Shown here: positions 26,797 through 40,716 of the stretch, one piece after another | How positions within the stretch are numbered: the stretch's first letter is position 1 | How the letters are laid out: the number at the start of each line of letters is the position of its first letter | Source: Eledone cirrhosa | Lineage: Eukaryota | Reading direction: 5' to 3' | DNA: 64,000 nt | NCBI GenBank assembly: GCA_964016885.1 | Contig: OZ024751.1 | Span: 12,276,001 to 12,340,000 of the forward strand | Translations under genes and position numbers: made by a program | Notes under the pieces: generated by a model | Database searches by the model: none | What the model was told of the DNA's origin: nothing | The model's input: the letters and a program-made list of their open reading frames with translations, nothing else

Positions 26797-26847
<51 letters not shown>

Positions 26848-26848
<1 letters not shown>

Positions 26849-27172
26849 GAGAGATGCTCAACCCCAGTCGTTTTTATGAAAGGTGGGTGAAAGTGGCGAG
26901 AATGGCCCGTGTGAATGGGCCTTCTCTCTACATCAGCCTGTAGGTGGAAAAGAGGAAGGAACGAGGGAGCACCCTCTCTCTGTGCTCCTGAGGAGAAGGG
27001 GTTGCACACTTTTTTCAGGGGTGTGTGCGACCCCCCAAACGCCCCCTCCCTATTGAGGACGTTATTGTTAATTTTATATTTGTTATTTGTTTTATTTACT
27101 CGCCTTTTTGTGTAAACTCCCCCCTTGTATTTGTCCCCTTCTTTTGCGCCCTAGTGGCAATAAATAGAAATC
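26848..27172 (+). mobile_element. Short Tx1-like LINE 3' end inserted in (TCTA)n
   Basis: GTGGCGAGAATGGCCCGTGTGAATGGGCC matches 23933-23961; ends AATAAATAGAAATC with (TATC)n on both sides. Confidence 0.85.
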
Positions 27173-27205
27173 TATCTATCCTATCTATCTATCCTATCTA
27201 TATAA

Positions 27206-27238
<33 letters not shown>

Positions 27239-29274
27239 AATATATATATAAAAAACATGAATGAATCAAATTATGGATGTAAACAGCTAAACTATTAATA
27301 ACTAGACCACTACATCTGGCTGATTCAGTACTCTTCTGGCTCCATACAATATTCTACCATACCAGATATGTATACAAAGGGTTAAGAAATCTTAGATTGT
27401 CATTCCGATCCCCCCCCCCCACCACCACCACCACTCTAGATATTCTACTTAGATTCAAACATTTGGTGTCGATACGCTACAAGACTAACTATCGTCAAAC
27501 ATATCAAGAGGTCGAGGTCATACATACATATGTGTGTGTGTGTGTTTGTGTGAGTGTGTGTGTATGTGTGCAGTGTGTGTGTGTCTTAAAAAATGTATAC
27601 ACACTTCAACAACATTCTAATAAATATTGCCTGTACAGTTATTCAAAGTGCATATACATTTTTATAGGACACTCTGTATATATACATACATGTATCTACG
27701 TATATATGTATGTATTGCACGTACGTACGTATGTATGTATATATGTATGTATGTACGTATGTATGTATATAGGTACTGTATGTAAGAATGTATGTGTACA
27801 TGTATTTTTGGAATAAGCTTTAAGAATGAAAAAAAATGAACTATGCTTAAAAGAAATTAATAGATAGATTGTGGGAAAATGAAAAATAACACAGAAATAA
27901 ACGAAATACAGAAACTATATGTAACATATTCAGAATAAAACATGAAGAGATTTCAAAGATAAAAAAACCCAAAGGATAAATGTGGGAGGAAATAGAATAA
28001 AATAATATATATGTTTAAAAAAATACAAAATGAAGGCAGGATTTAAAAAAAAAAGATAAGTGTAGATATAGTTTTTTTAACGAATATCTAATCAGTCTAA
28101 AATACAAAATAAATCATGAGAAATAAAACAAAGGATTTTGTTTAAAATGGACCTTAAGGAAAGCAAAGAAGGTGAGAAGAGGAAAATAGAAATTTAAAAA
28201 GAAATTTAACTAAAATGATATAAATAAAATAGAATACTATAAATCGTAGAAGAGAAAGGAATGAGTTATCGACATCGAATAAAGGGCACTGATTGAATGA
28301 AATAAGACAGGATGGCAGAGAAAGAAGGATAGAAGAAAAAAATAGAAGTGCGAAAAAAAAATAGGGGTAGATGGTAAAAAAAATAAAGTGAAACGACAGT
28401 TGTATTCTAGGAGAGATCTTTTTGAAGTGTCATGAAATATTGTTTGTTTTTTTATACTTATTGTCATTATTTTAGAATATTTTATTTTATTTTATCTTAA
28501 AAGATATTTTACTTTCGTTTTATTTATATTTTATTTATCTGCTCTAAGATTTAAATCCTATAAATTTGGACTGACAGATTAGAGTGGGTAATATTAGCCG
28601 AGGTTTTGTCCTCATCTCTCCAAGATAATATTCTGAATAGATTTTAGTGATGTCATTACTAAGTGGGGATTGAGGGTCGGGAGCGGCGGATTGGGGGAGG
28701 GGAAGAGAAATTTTACTTGAAACTTTCACAACACAGTGGGAGGAGAGAAGCATGGTCGTAATATGGCGGCTACAAGCTTGATTCCTTTGTTGTTGCTGAT
28801 GATGATGTTGATGATGATGGGGTGGTGGGGATGGGTATGTGTGTGAGTTTTTTCACATTTCACCCATGAGCTTCTTTGTCCTTTTTATTATTTATTGCTT
28901 TGTCTTGGCCATTGTTGTTGTAGTTGTAATATATATATATATATATATATATGTGTGTTTGTGTGTATGTATACATATTATGTATTTATATACATACACA
29001 TATATACACACGCATATATATATAATGTATATATATATATATATATATATTGTACATGTATGTTTATGTTTTTCAATTCCTTTTATTCGTCCATAAGGTA
29101 ATTTTATTGATTTGTAAAGTAGAGTGGGCGGTTACACGATTCCGCGGTGTACCGAATGTCCGAGGGACAGGAAAGAGAGGGTGGGAGGGGTGGTGAGAGA
29201 GTGGTGGTTAGGAGGGCGGGGGGGGGGGGGGGAGAAATAAGAAAAAGAATGATGTGCCTATGGAGATGGAGTTT

Positions 29275-29458
29275 TATTACTACTACTACTACTACTACTA
29301 CTAATACTAATACTAATATAAATACTACGATTATAACTACCACTATTACTGTTGCTGCTACTACTACTACTAATACTACGATTATAACTACCACTATTAC
29401 TGTTGCTGCTACTACTACTACTAATACTACTACTGCTGCTACTTCTACTACTATTACT

Positions 29459-29492
<34 letters not shown>

Positions 29493-31375
29493 GTACTACT
29501 ACTGGTGATACTATTGCTGTTGCTGTCCACGCCACCACTATCATCTCCATCTTGTATCATCCACCACCACCACAATCACCATCTTAAGCTCTGCCACTAC
29601 CACCACCACAACCACCATCTGCACTTCTGCAATCACCACAACCACCAACTTCAACGCTGCCATCCCCACCAACTTCAGCTCAGCCACCACTTCCACCACC
29701 ACCATAAACACAATATCCCCCATCTACACCCCTGCAAGCAGCAGCAACACCACCATCTACACGACCACCACTACCACCACCACCGCCACCAACCATCACC
29801 AACACCACCATACCACCACCGCCACCACTACAACCACTACCTCCAACCATCACCACCACCACCGCCACCAACCATCACCAACACCACCATACCACCACGG
29901 CCACCACTACAACCACTACCTCTAACCACTACCACCACCACCACCGCCGCCGCCACCAACCATCACCAACACCACCATACCACCACTACAACCACTACCT
30001 CCAACCACTACCACCAACACCACCACCGCCACCAACCATCACCAACACCACCATAACACCACTGCCACCACTACAACCACTACCTCCAACCACTACCACC
30101 ACCCCCACCACCAACCATCACCAACACCACCATACCACCACCGCCACCACTACAAACACTACCTCCAACCACTACCACCACCACCGCCACCAACCATCAC
30201 CACCGCCACCAACCATCACCAACACCACCAATCCACCACCGCCTCCACTACAACCACTACTACCACCACCGCCACCAACCATCACCAACACCACCATACC
30301 ACCACCGCCACCACTACAACCACTACTTCCAACCACTACCACCACCACCGCCACCAACCATCACCAACACCACCATACCACCACGGCAACCACTACAACC
30401 ACTACCTCCAACCACTAACACCACCACCACCACCGCCACCACCACCATCACCAACACCACCATACCACCACCGCCACCACTACAACTACTACCTCCAACC
30501 ACTACCACCACCACCACCACCGCCACCAACCATCACCAATCCACCACCGCCACCACTACAACCACTCCCACCACCACCACCACCATCGCCACCAACCATC
30601 ACCAACACCACCATACCACCACCGCCACCACTACAACCACTACCTCCAACCACCACCACCACCACCGCCACCAACCATCACCAACTCCACCATACCACCA
30701 CGGCAACCACTACAACCACTACCTCCAACCACTAACACCACCACCACCACCGCCACCACCACCATCACCAACACCACCATACCACCACCGCCACCACTAC
30801 AACCACTACCTCCAACCACTACCACCACCACCGCCACCAACCATCACCACCACCACCAACCATCACCAATCCACCACCGCCACCACTACAACCACTACCA
30901 CCACCACCACCATCGCCACCAACCATCACCAACACCACCATACCACCACCGCCACCACTACAGCCACTACCTCCAACCACTACCACCACCACCACCGCCA
31001 CCAACCATCACCAATCCACCACCGCCACCACTACAACCACTCCCACCACCACCACCACCATCGCCACCAACCATCACCAACACCACCATACCACCACCGC
31101 CACCACTACAACCACTACCTCCAACCACTACCACCACCACCACCAACCATCTCCAACACCACCATACCACCACCGCCACCACTACAACCACTACCTCCAA
31201 CCACTAGCACCACCACCACCACCGCCACCAGCCATCACCAACAACCACCATACCATCACCGCCACCGCTACAACCACTACCTCCAACCACCACCACCACC
31301 ACCGCCGCCACCAACCATCACCAACACCGCCAACACCATCGACACCACCACCACCACCACCACCACCACTACCAC
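29275..31375. repeat. (ACT)/(ACC)-derived minisatellite with a higher-order unit
   Basis: Recurring CCGCCACCAACCATCACCAACACCACCATACC...CTACAACCACTACCTCCAACC. Confidence 0.9.
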
Positions 31376-31747
31376 AAGTCGTATATTGCATTGCTTGACG
31401 TTTGATTACGGTAAAAGTCCATCTGTCGCTGTTGTGAGCAAGGCTGTGTTCATCTGTGCTCTCACCTAGCTCGAGATGTTCGCCCTTCAATAGAGTCACG
31501 TGTGCTATTTGCCCTAAATCAGGATGTGCCACACAACGGCGTTGATGTCGTCAACAACAACAACGACAACAACAGCAGCAACAACAACGATAAGGAAGTA
31601 GATGACGACAACGAGGATGACAAAAAAAACCCACAAACGTAACATCAATAATTTCGGTGCAACAAGAATATCGGCAGTAGAAGGGACTACTACTAGTGCT
31701 GCTACTACTACTACTAGTAATACGATTGCTACTACTGCTACTACGAT

Positions 31748-31808
<61 letters not shown>

Positions 31809-31811
<3 letters not shown>

Positions 31812-31942
31812 TGTTTCTACTTTTGGCACAAGGCCATCAATAACCCAGTACATTACTGGTTCTTTATTTTATCGACCCCGTAAGGATGAAAGGCAAAGTT
31901 AACCTCGGCCGGATTTGAACTCAGATCATAAAGGGCCGTAAC
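31809..31942 (-). mobile_element. tRNA-derived SINE (family 1), 5'-truncated
   Basis: Reverse complement of the consensus. Confidence 0.88.
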
Positions 31943-31951
31943 AATAATAAT

Positions 31952-33935
31952 GATTTCATTTATTAGCCACGAGGGCCGACATGTAGGGGACAATACAAAG
32001 ACAGGGACAGTGGGGGGTTTACAATAAGGTCGAGTAAATGTGCACAATGGCAAGACTAATTTAACAATGAAGATATAAAAATATAAAATAAACTATCCAT
32101 AAATATAACAAAATAAATTCCCCGATAGGGGGTGGACGACCCTGGGGTGACTCGGGTACCCCACCAATCCTGAACCACCCTGCGCTTCTAGAGCACCCAG
32201 GGAGAGCACCCCTCTCCTCAAGTTAGCTAGCCTATAGGCGCATGGTCAGAGTAGGCCCATTCTCACGAGCCATTCTCGCCACATTCATCCAGCTTTTAGC
32301 AAATGTACTGGGGGGTAGCACTTCTCTCTCCACCCTCACCTTCCTTTCCAGGTGAAACTTGAAGAAGTTGATGAGGGATTGGCCGAAGAGAAAAGTGTCT
32401 GTCTTCAGTCCTTTTAATCTGGTCCACCATATAACCTCTTTCTCAACTGCCACCAGATAGAGGAAAATTTCCTGCTCCTCCTGACCTATTGAAGGCGGCG
32501 AATCGATCTTCACTAGGGACTCGGCCGATAGCCGGATTCGTCCACACGCGACAGTAGCTGTTCGACATAACTCCACTAGTCAGCAAAGCACGGACATTGG
32601 ACAAATGCGGGCAGAATGGTTACGTCCTTCTGTGCGCATCTTGGGCAGATTCGTCTGACAGCACTTCCGTGCCTGTAGAGATTATCCCGAACCGGCAGTG
32701 CCCCCCCCCCCCCCCCCCCCCCATTACCACTCCAAGCGGATGATTTCTGGAAAATATCCATCGTCCCCGGCTCGAAAGTCCTCCGGTATAGACTGGTCAG
32801 TTCGACTTCGTCAAGGCCCAAAGCTTCTCCTAGTGCGTCATCGCACTTGCCCACCACTAATCCTCTATAGAACTCGAGAGTGGAAGTTCAACTGATCGCA
32901 GTGCCCGCTTGGTAGAGGGCAGTGAGTGCCTGGCAACATTCCAGGTGCCAGTCACCCAGTCTCGGTCTTTTCTTGACCCAGGACTGCAGTTCAGTCAAAG
33001 AAATGAGCTGCCGAAAGGCCCGTCTGATAAACGGCGACCACACCTGTTCACCATTTAGGCAGAATATCTGGAGATGTCGCAGCCTCAACGCATGTCTGCG
33101 CATCATTAGCCACGTAATGCCCAACCCTCCGCGTAGAGGGTGCTGGCAGCAGATGGACAACCTCACCAACGGAACTTATCCCCTCCACAAGAATTTGAAG
33201 AGGAGCCGTTCCAACTTGACGAGGCACAGACGGGGGCAAGACACGGCGGTCAGGCGGTAGTAGATGAAGGACGCGATGTACGCATTCGCCACCTCCGCGC
33301 GACCTTTCAGTGATAGCTTCCTCCCAGCCCATTTTGGGGTGAGACTGGCTACTCTGCTCGTTATCTCGTCCCAATTCTTTTCCACCTGGAGGTCTGTTCT
33401 GAACCAAACCCCGGGCAACTTTACCGGTCCGTCCGTCCAGCGCCCCAGGTTCCGAGCTGCAAGCCCACCGACTTTTCCGGGTTAAGTTTGGCTCCTGTCA
33501 ACCTTTCATATTCCTTCAATAAGGTGCCGACCACCTCGATTTCTGAGGTGTTCGACACCATCACAGTGATGCCGTCCGCATAAGCCGACACCGCCCTTCC
33601 ACGTCCCGGTTCGAGCGGGATGCCCTGCAACAGCTCTAGCTTCCGCAGTAAAGGCTCGAGTGTCAATACGTACAGAAGGGATGAGAGAAGGCACACTTGA
33701 CGGACCGATCGGGAGAGCCGAAATGGTTCCGAGAAGTGGCCATTAACCTTGACCACCGAGCGTGTGCCGCTGTGCATTGCAGCGATCCAGCTTCTGAAGA
33801 CAAGGCCGAAAACAGCTGCTTTGAGGACAACCTCCAGATACCGATGGTCGACCCTATCGAATGCTTTCGATTGATCTAAATTGATCAGTGCCCCACCGAA
33901 GCCAGGTTTACACCCCGACCCTCCCTATGATGTAT
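31952..33935 (-). mobile_element. 5'-truncated Tx1/L1-clade LINE copy (RT to 3' UTR)
   Basis: Minus-strand ORFs match 22265-24262 (SRSVRQ, SAYADG, RKLSLKGRAEVAN); (TAA)n on both sides. Confidence 0.93.
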
Positions 33936-33953
33936 AATAATAATAATAATAAT

Positions 33954-34143
33954 AATTGTTTCTACTGTTGGCACAATGCCAGTAATTACCCAGTGCATTA
34001 CTGGTACTTTATTTCAAGGACCCCGTGAGGATGAAAGGCGAAGTTAACCTCGGCGGGATTTGAACTCAGAATGGCAATGACCGTAACTCCATGCGTCAAA
34101 GCAAGGCGTCCAACCTTCTACCGATACTGCCAATCCACCGCCC
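33954..34143 (-). mobile_element. tRNA-derived SINE (family 1), full length
   Basis: Reverse complement of the consensus. Confidence 0.9.
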
Positions 34144-34323
34144 TACTACTACTACTACTACTACTAATAATAATAATAATAATATACTACTATTATTACT
34201 ACTTCTAATGCTACTATAACTACTATTACATGCATAGGCGCATCTATAGATTCACACATATATACGTACATAGATTCATGTATACATACATATATGCATA
34301 CATATATGCATACATATATTCAT

Positions 34324-34730
34324 GTGTTGTTAGGGACCACACCTTGAAAACCTGTTCTGTTGCGGAGATCAGCTGCCCACTTGATGTAAACATTATCAGA
34401 AAAATACAGGAGAAGGAGGACATCTACGGACCATTGATGAGGAGTTTACAAATCCAGTATCCAAGATACACCTTTAGCTTCATACCCATCGTTATTGGAG
34501 CTAAGGGTTATATACCAACCCGCTTGGACCAAAATATGACTGAACTTGGATTTCCGGACAAAGACCGCAGCTCCCTAATTCATAGTCTACAAATGGCTGC
34601 GATAGCTGGCACCTTCAAGATTTGCAAAACATTCTTGCGATTCAAGGGATGACAATTTCTTTTCTTTTACAACCTTGGCACCGGGAAGGTGGCCGGTCAA
34701 AAATATATACTCGAAATTAAGAGAAAGAGA
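34324..34730 (+). mobile_element. 3' fragment of a restriction-like-endonuclease non-LTR retrotransposon
   Basis: VAEISCPLDVN...KEDIYGPL...FIPIVIGAKGYIP...LQMAAIAGTFKICKTFL, stop at 34652. Confidence 0.8.
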
Positions 34731-35569
34731 TTACATATATGCATACGTAATACAGACATACATACACAAATACATACGTACACACATGTATGTATACATA
34801 CATACAAAGATGCATACAGACATACATTCATGCTAACATACATTCATGTAAACATACATACACATGTATACATATGCTTACATTCATACATGCATACATA
34901 AATGCATGTATACATACATACACATGTATACATATATATTCATGTATATTCGTGTAAACATACATACACATGTATACATATGCTTACATTCATATATACA
35001 TACATACATAAATGCATGCATACATACTTATATAGGTTCATGTATACATACATACACATATGCATACATAAATTTATGTATAAATATATGCATACATACA
35101 TACACACGAACGCACATACACCCATACATGCACACACACACACACACACACACATACATACATACATACATACATACATACATACATACATACATACATA
35201 CATACATACATAGAACAATGATAATAGTGTTGGTGACGACGTCGCCAGAGGTTGCTTGGAAAATGAACAGACGACATGAATGGCGGCGAAGGCGGAAGTC
35301 GTAGAGTGGTGGTGGTGAAGAAGGGGTGAGGGGAGTGGTGGTGACGGAGGGGTGAGGGGAGTGGTGATGGCGGAGGTTGTGGGGAAGTGGCGGTGGAAGT
35401 GGGTGTTGATTAAAATGGTGCGACATAATCTCTTAAAGATCTATGACATTGCATTCTGGGATATAATATTATATGTTGATATCTGGAGACTTAATATGAC
35501 ACAGATAGAATGAGAGAGAGAGTCACGTCGATATATATATACAACCCCTATATATATATATATATACAT

Positions 35570-35600
<31 letters not shown>

Positions 35601-35617
35601 CACACATGTATATACAC

Positions 35618-35648
<31 letters not shown>

Positions 35649-35817
35649 AATATATATATGCACACATATATATATACATATATATATACACACATATATT
35701 CATATATATATACATATATATATATTCATATATATATATATATATATATATAGTTATATACACACATGTATTCATATATTCATATATATATATATATACA
35801 CATGTATTCATATATTC

Positions 35818-35854
<37 letters not shown>

Positions 35855-35954
35855 TATATTCATATATATATATATACATATATATATACATATATATTCA
35901 TATATATATATATACATATATATATAAACATATATATTCATATATACATACATG

Positions 35955-36042
<88 letters not shown>

Positions 36043-36271
36043 CACATACATACATACATATATACGTGTATGTAGTGAGTGGTGGGGTGACTCCGAGAGA
36101 GAAGCAGAGATAGTATGAGAAGGTTTGAAGGTGGGGGGGGGGGGAGGGGTGATGTCGGTGCCATCTTCTTCGCAGCTAGAGTAATTTGTAACTTGAATAT
36201 ATATCATATTAGCAAAAGGTAATTACACTGCCACACTTAATTACACTGACTCAATTAATATCACGCTGAGG

Positions 36272-36334
<63 letters not shown>

Positions 36335-36415
36335 TTACAGACATATACACACACAAACCCACAGAGTAGACAATCACACTTCTGCGAACACAATACAAAA
36401 TCATGTAACCCATTA

Positions 36416-36446
<31 letters not shown>

Positions 36447-36464
36447 CATACGTACATACATATT

Positions 36465-36552
<88 letters not shown>

Positions 36553-36657
36553 TGCAGACAGGCGCATGCATGGGAGTACGGAGAAAACACGGACAGATGT
36601 GTTAAAATGGTCTTGAACACTAACATCATACATATATATGTGTGTGTGTGTCGGCGA

Positions 36658-36697
<40 letters not shown>

Positions 36698-36735
36698 TAT
36701 TTCACCTGGTAGTGGAGGGGCGGATGCACAAACAC

Positions 36736-36815
<80 letters not shown>

Positions 36816-36817
36816 AT

Positions 36818-37129
36818 GTTTAACCCCGTCGGCAGAGTTCAAGCCGTTTCGACGGCTATAGAAATAGCCGACGAAACGGCATCAGCTCTGCCGTCGGTGT
36901 TAAACAATAGATATTTCACTTCATATATATATTTGAGAAAGTATGACCCCGACGGCAGAGTTCAAGCCATTTCGACGGCTATTTCTGGACTCAGTTCAAA
37001 AATAGCCGTCGAAACGGCTTCACCTCTGCCGTCGGGGTCATACTTTCTGCTATTACCTCTCTACTACCCTAAGTATTGAGTACTCTGGTGCGTTATGGTC
37101 CATCTGGTTCCTTACCACAACTCCTTCGT

Positions 37130-37131
<2 letters not shown>
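36818..37131 (+). mobile_element. Two hairpin copies of the 742-1026 family (short 36818-36904; longer 36936-37131 with tail)
   Basis: CCCCGACGGCAGAGTTCAAGCC...GAAACGGCTTCACCTCTGCCGTCGGGG plus the conserved tail. Confidence 0.88.
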
Positions 37132-37169
<38 letters not shown>

Positions 37170-37458
37170 CAAATAGTAGAGAGGAAAAGGATCTTTTCAG
37201 TAGAAAATGCCGAAGAGTTTCTTTCAGTATAATATCAAAACATTTATTTATAAAGTGGATATTTCCGCATTTAATAATACCGGTTTCAGCATTGTATTCT
37301 TTTTCAACTACGGATATGCATAATGTAGTTATGTTGTATATTTTTACGAATAATAGATAGGGAAAAGAAAAATTATTAGTTTTTACATCCATATTTAGAG
37401 AGGAGAGTTCATATCTCTGTCCGCGTTGTCCTTTGTTCTCTGTTAGTTGGCTGACAGA

Positions 37459-37494
<36 letters not shown>

Positions 37495-37496
37495 AA

Positions 37497-37560
<64 letters not shown>

Positions 37561-37867
37561 AAAACTTGTTTCGCTCTTCACATGGTGGATATCTAAATTT
37601 ATTTGTGAGTGATTAATAATAATATTATATGAATATCATATTATTAATAATATTATATGTGTATATATATGAAAACAGGGAGAAAGAGACGATTATTAGG
37701 AAGAAAACATTTTTTTTTCCTTTTTTATTTATTTCTCTCTTTTTTTTCTGGGTTAGAAAATGCTTAAAACGAAATATTTTACTTTGTATGAAGTGTTAAG
37801 GTATTAGTTGATTTATTTATTATTTAACAATTGCCTTTATTTATCTATTTATATATTTAATAATTGT

Positions 37868-37909
37868 CTATTATCGGTTTCAGCATTTGTATGCATTATC
37901 AAATGATAG
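37868..37909 (-). ncRNA. Decayed minimal hammerhead-like motif
   Basis: TTGATAA-T-GCAT acaa ATGC-T-GAAA-CCGA-TA-ATAG; the core is mutated. Confidence 0.4.
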
Positions 37910-38493
37910 TGGTATGTATTGGTGTAGAATGGTGGTGTCCCACATGTTAAAGAAATGGTGCAGAAAGAATAATGTTATTTAGAAACAAGGTTTATGAAGT
38001 GAAAAGAAAAAAGAAAGAGAAAAAATGGGATGTAATGTGGAGCATAATAAGTCAATGTGAAAGAAAAAATAATGTTATTTACAGGCATAGTTAAGCAGAT
38101 CAAAAGTGTTAATATAGCAAAGGTGCTTAGTTGATCCATGATTCCATGATGGAGGCAAATGGTGGACTAAGGTTTGATATGATTTTCCCTTTTAGAGAGT
38201 TAATATGCAGGGGCAGGCAATTCTTGCTGGATGATATTTAATTTATTTAAGAAAAGGGATTATATACACATCGCATTCATATGGTGGTCAATTTATATGT
38301 ATATATAAATTGACCACTATATGAACGTAATACGTTACAGAGATGTTTAATGCTTTATATGTTCTTTCTGTCATTACAACAGCAGAGGTCCGATGACCTT
38401 TCGATTCCATAGTCAGGCCAGATCGATTCAGGTCAAACCATGAGCTGATCTATAGCGAAACACTTCTCACTAATCAATAAACGAATCGTCCTT

Positions 38494-38580
<87 letters not shown>

Positions 38581-38899
38581 CAGTTCAAGAGTAACCAATC
38601 TTAAAGAGAGAGATGGAGATAGGACAGGAGATAAGAGAGGCGAAGAGAGATTGGTGAATTAGTTAGAAGCCAAAGCGTAAAGGCATGTGCTCAATGTGCA
38701 ATATGCAGTAGAAAGCAGCTAGGTGGCTGGGTTCATGCAGAGGTTAGGTGCACAGAGCTGGAAATATTCATTACTTAAGCAAAACAAGACGACAAATTTC
38801 ACAAGGAAGACATTATTAAAAGATTGTCAAGATATTTTAGTTTGATGTAAGGAATGTAGAGAATAATAAATAATAATAATATTAATAATAATAATGTCC

Positions 38900-39018
38900 G
38901 TTTACAATTGTTTCGCTACTCCATATAGTATTTCTGGAACAAATGATTATAGATCATTATTGATCTGGTTCAGTTGAAAATAATTAACTTAGGTATAATT
39001 AGAGCAGCTCATCGGAAC
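38900..39018 (-). ncRNA. Hammerhead-like motif with CCGAUGA core variant and long stem II
   Basis: GTT-CCGATGA-GCTGCTCT...GGAGTAGC-GAAA-CAATTG-TA-AAC; palindromic stem III ACAATTGT. Confidence 0.65.
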
Positions 39019-39480
39019 TTCAAAAGGAATATAAATTAAAATAACGATTCTTAGCCATTTTTGAATCTGTTTCTGGCGGGGATCGCTTTGGAAAATTAAC
39101 TGTCCTATGACCTTGTCTCCTGGTGAGTTCGATACTCGAGATTTATCCTAAATAGGATATCTCAAAACGCGAACTAAACCCCAGGGTAGGGACATAATCA
39201 CGGTAAGAGTGTACGCATTTCTTCTAACTTTAAATTTATACCTGATTATGTATGGTTGACGGTATATTTAGTCGATTTCTACATGCTGTTGAAATGTGGG
39301 GTAAATATTCTATTGCGGTTGGCCGCGAAGAGGCTGCTGTAGTTTATTTATCAAATATTTCTTCATGGGAGCCTTTATTATTATAGCTTGGTCTAATTGA
39401 TTTGTTATGTGGTTAATTATGCTAATTGGGAGAGGAAATAGTGTATATATTATATGGCATGAGTCTATGGACATACTTTA

Positions 39481-39531
<51 letters not shown>

Positions 39532-39566
39532 AATAACCAAAGAGTGCTTATAAATACATTGTTTTA

Positions 39567-39617
39567 TTAGTTAACAGTGTTTCATCCATACCACATGGCA
39601 GGAATCATCAGAGCCTA
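39567..39617 (-). ncRNA. Minimal hammerhead-like motif
   Basis: GGCT-CTGATGA-TTCCTGCCA tg TGGTATGGAT-GAAA-CACTG-TT-AACT, then AATAAA; stem I is imperfect. Confidence 0.55.
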
Positions 39618-39746
39618 TAAACAAGAGTATATCAGTAGTTGCATGCTCCATCGAGCTGCGTCACCAGAACAAGGTAATAAATGGAAAATATCCCTATAGC
39701 ATCATATGTATTTTATAAATGGGAAATATCACTATAGCATCATATT

Positions 39747-39788
39747 TATTTTATTATACATATTTCAAGACTTTCATCAGATAAAATA
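39747..39788 (-). ncRNA. Minimal type I hammerhead with intact core
   Basis: TATTTTAT-CTGATGA-AAGTCTT-GAAA-TATGTA-TA-ATAAAATA; perfect 8-bp stem I. Confidence 0.7.
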
Positions 39789-39947
39789 CAATATTTGATA
39801 TATAAGATAGTGTCATATCCAAAATATAGCCCTCCACAGTCAGCTTACAATGCATATGTGAAAAGAAATTTCAAAATTTCGTAGGATATAACTTAATATA
39901 TATATACATACATATACACACATACACATAGAAAGAAATTCTAAAGG

Positions 39948-39984
39948 ACTTGACCAGTTTTATTCGTTTGAAATCATCAGAGGT
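39948..39984 (-). ncRNA. Decayed minimal hammerhead-like motif
   Basis: ACCT-CTGATGA-TTTC aaac GAAT-AAAA-CTGG-TC-AAGT (GAAA changed to AAAA). Confidence 0.45.
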
Positions 39985-40299
39985 TTCGCTGGTGATGTTA
40001 AATGAAAGTAATTGTCTTCGACCTCTAGAACTCTATAAAATAAATATGCACCAATCCTTCCCTTATATCGGGTAACCTATTCCTCTGAGGTTCTCTTCCA
40101 TACCTGGAGACATATATACAGTCTATCATGTACCTTTCTCTTTATTGCTTTCCAAATTTTCTTCATTATAATTTGTATTTATATTATATTCTTTCTCATT
40201 CCTTCTATCTCCATTTAGATGGATCTCCTTCAAATGGACCCAGTCTCTTCTTTCTTCCCCCTCTTCCACTCCTTTATACTCACACCCTTTTCCACCACA

Positions 40300-40352
40300 C
40301 CTCCTCCTCCTCCTATCGCTACTACTACCACTATTTCTACTACCACCATCAT

Positions 40353-40400
<48 letters not shown>

Positions 40401-40413
40401 TACTATTACCACC

Positions 40414-40444
<31 letters not shown>

Positions 40445-40498
40445 TCACCACCACGGACAGTACTACTACTACCACCACTACTACTACTACTACTACCA

Positions 40499-40553
<55 letters not shown>

Positions 40554-40670
40554 TGCTGCTGCTGCTGCTGCTGCTGCACCATACCACCTCTCAATCAACA
40601 TATGATCTTCAATGTTTCATACATCTTACATCATCTGACTTTTGAACCACAGTAGCCATGTTTGTGTCTA

Positions 40671-40716
<46 letters not shown>

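Noticed and set aside
38383-38470. Plus-strand CCGATGA...GAAA hammerhead-like motif
   Set aside because: Stem III and the UH site are missing; too decayed to call.
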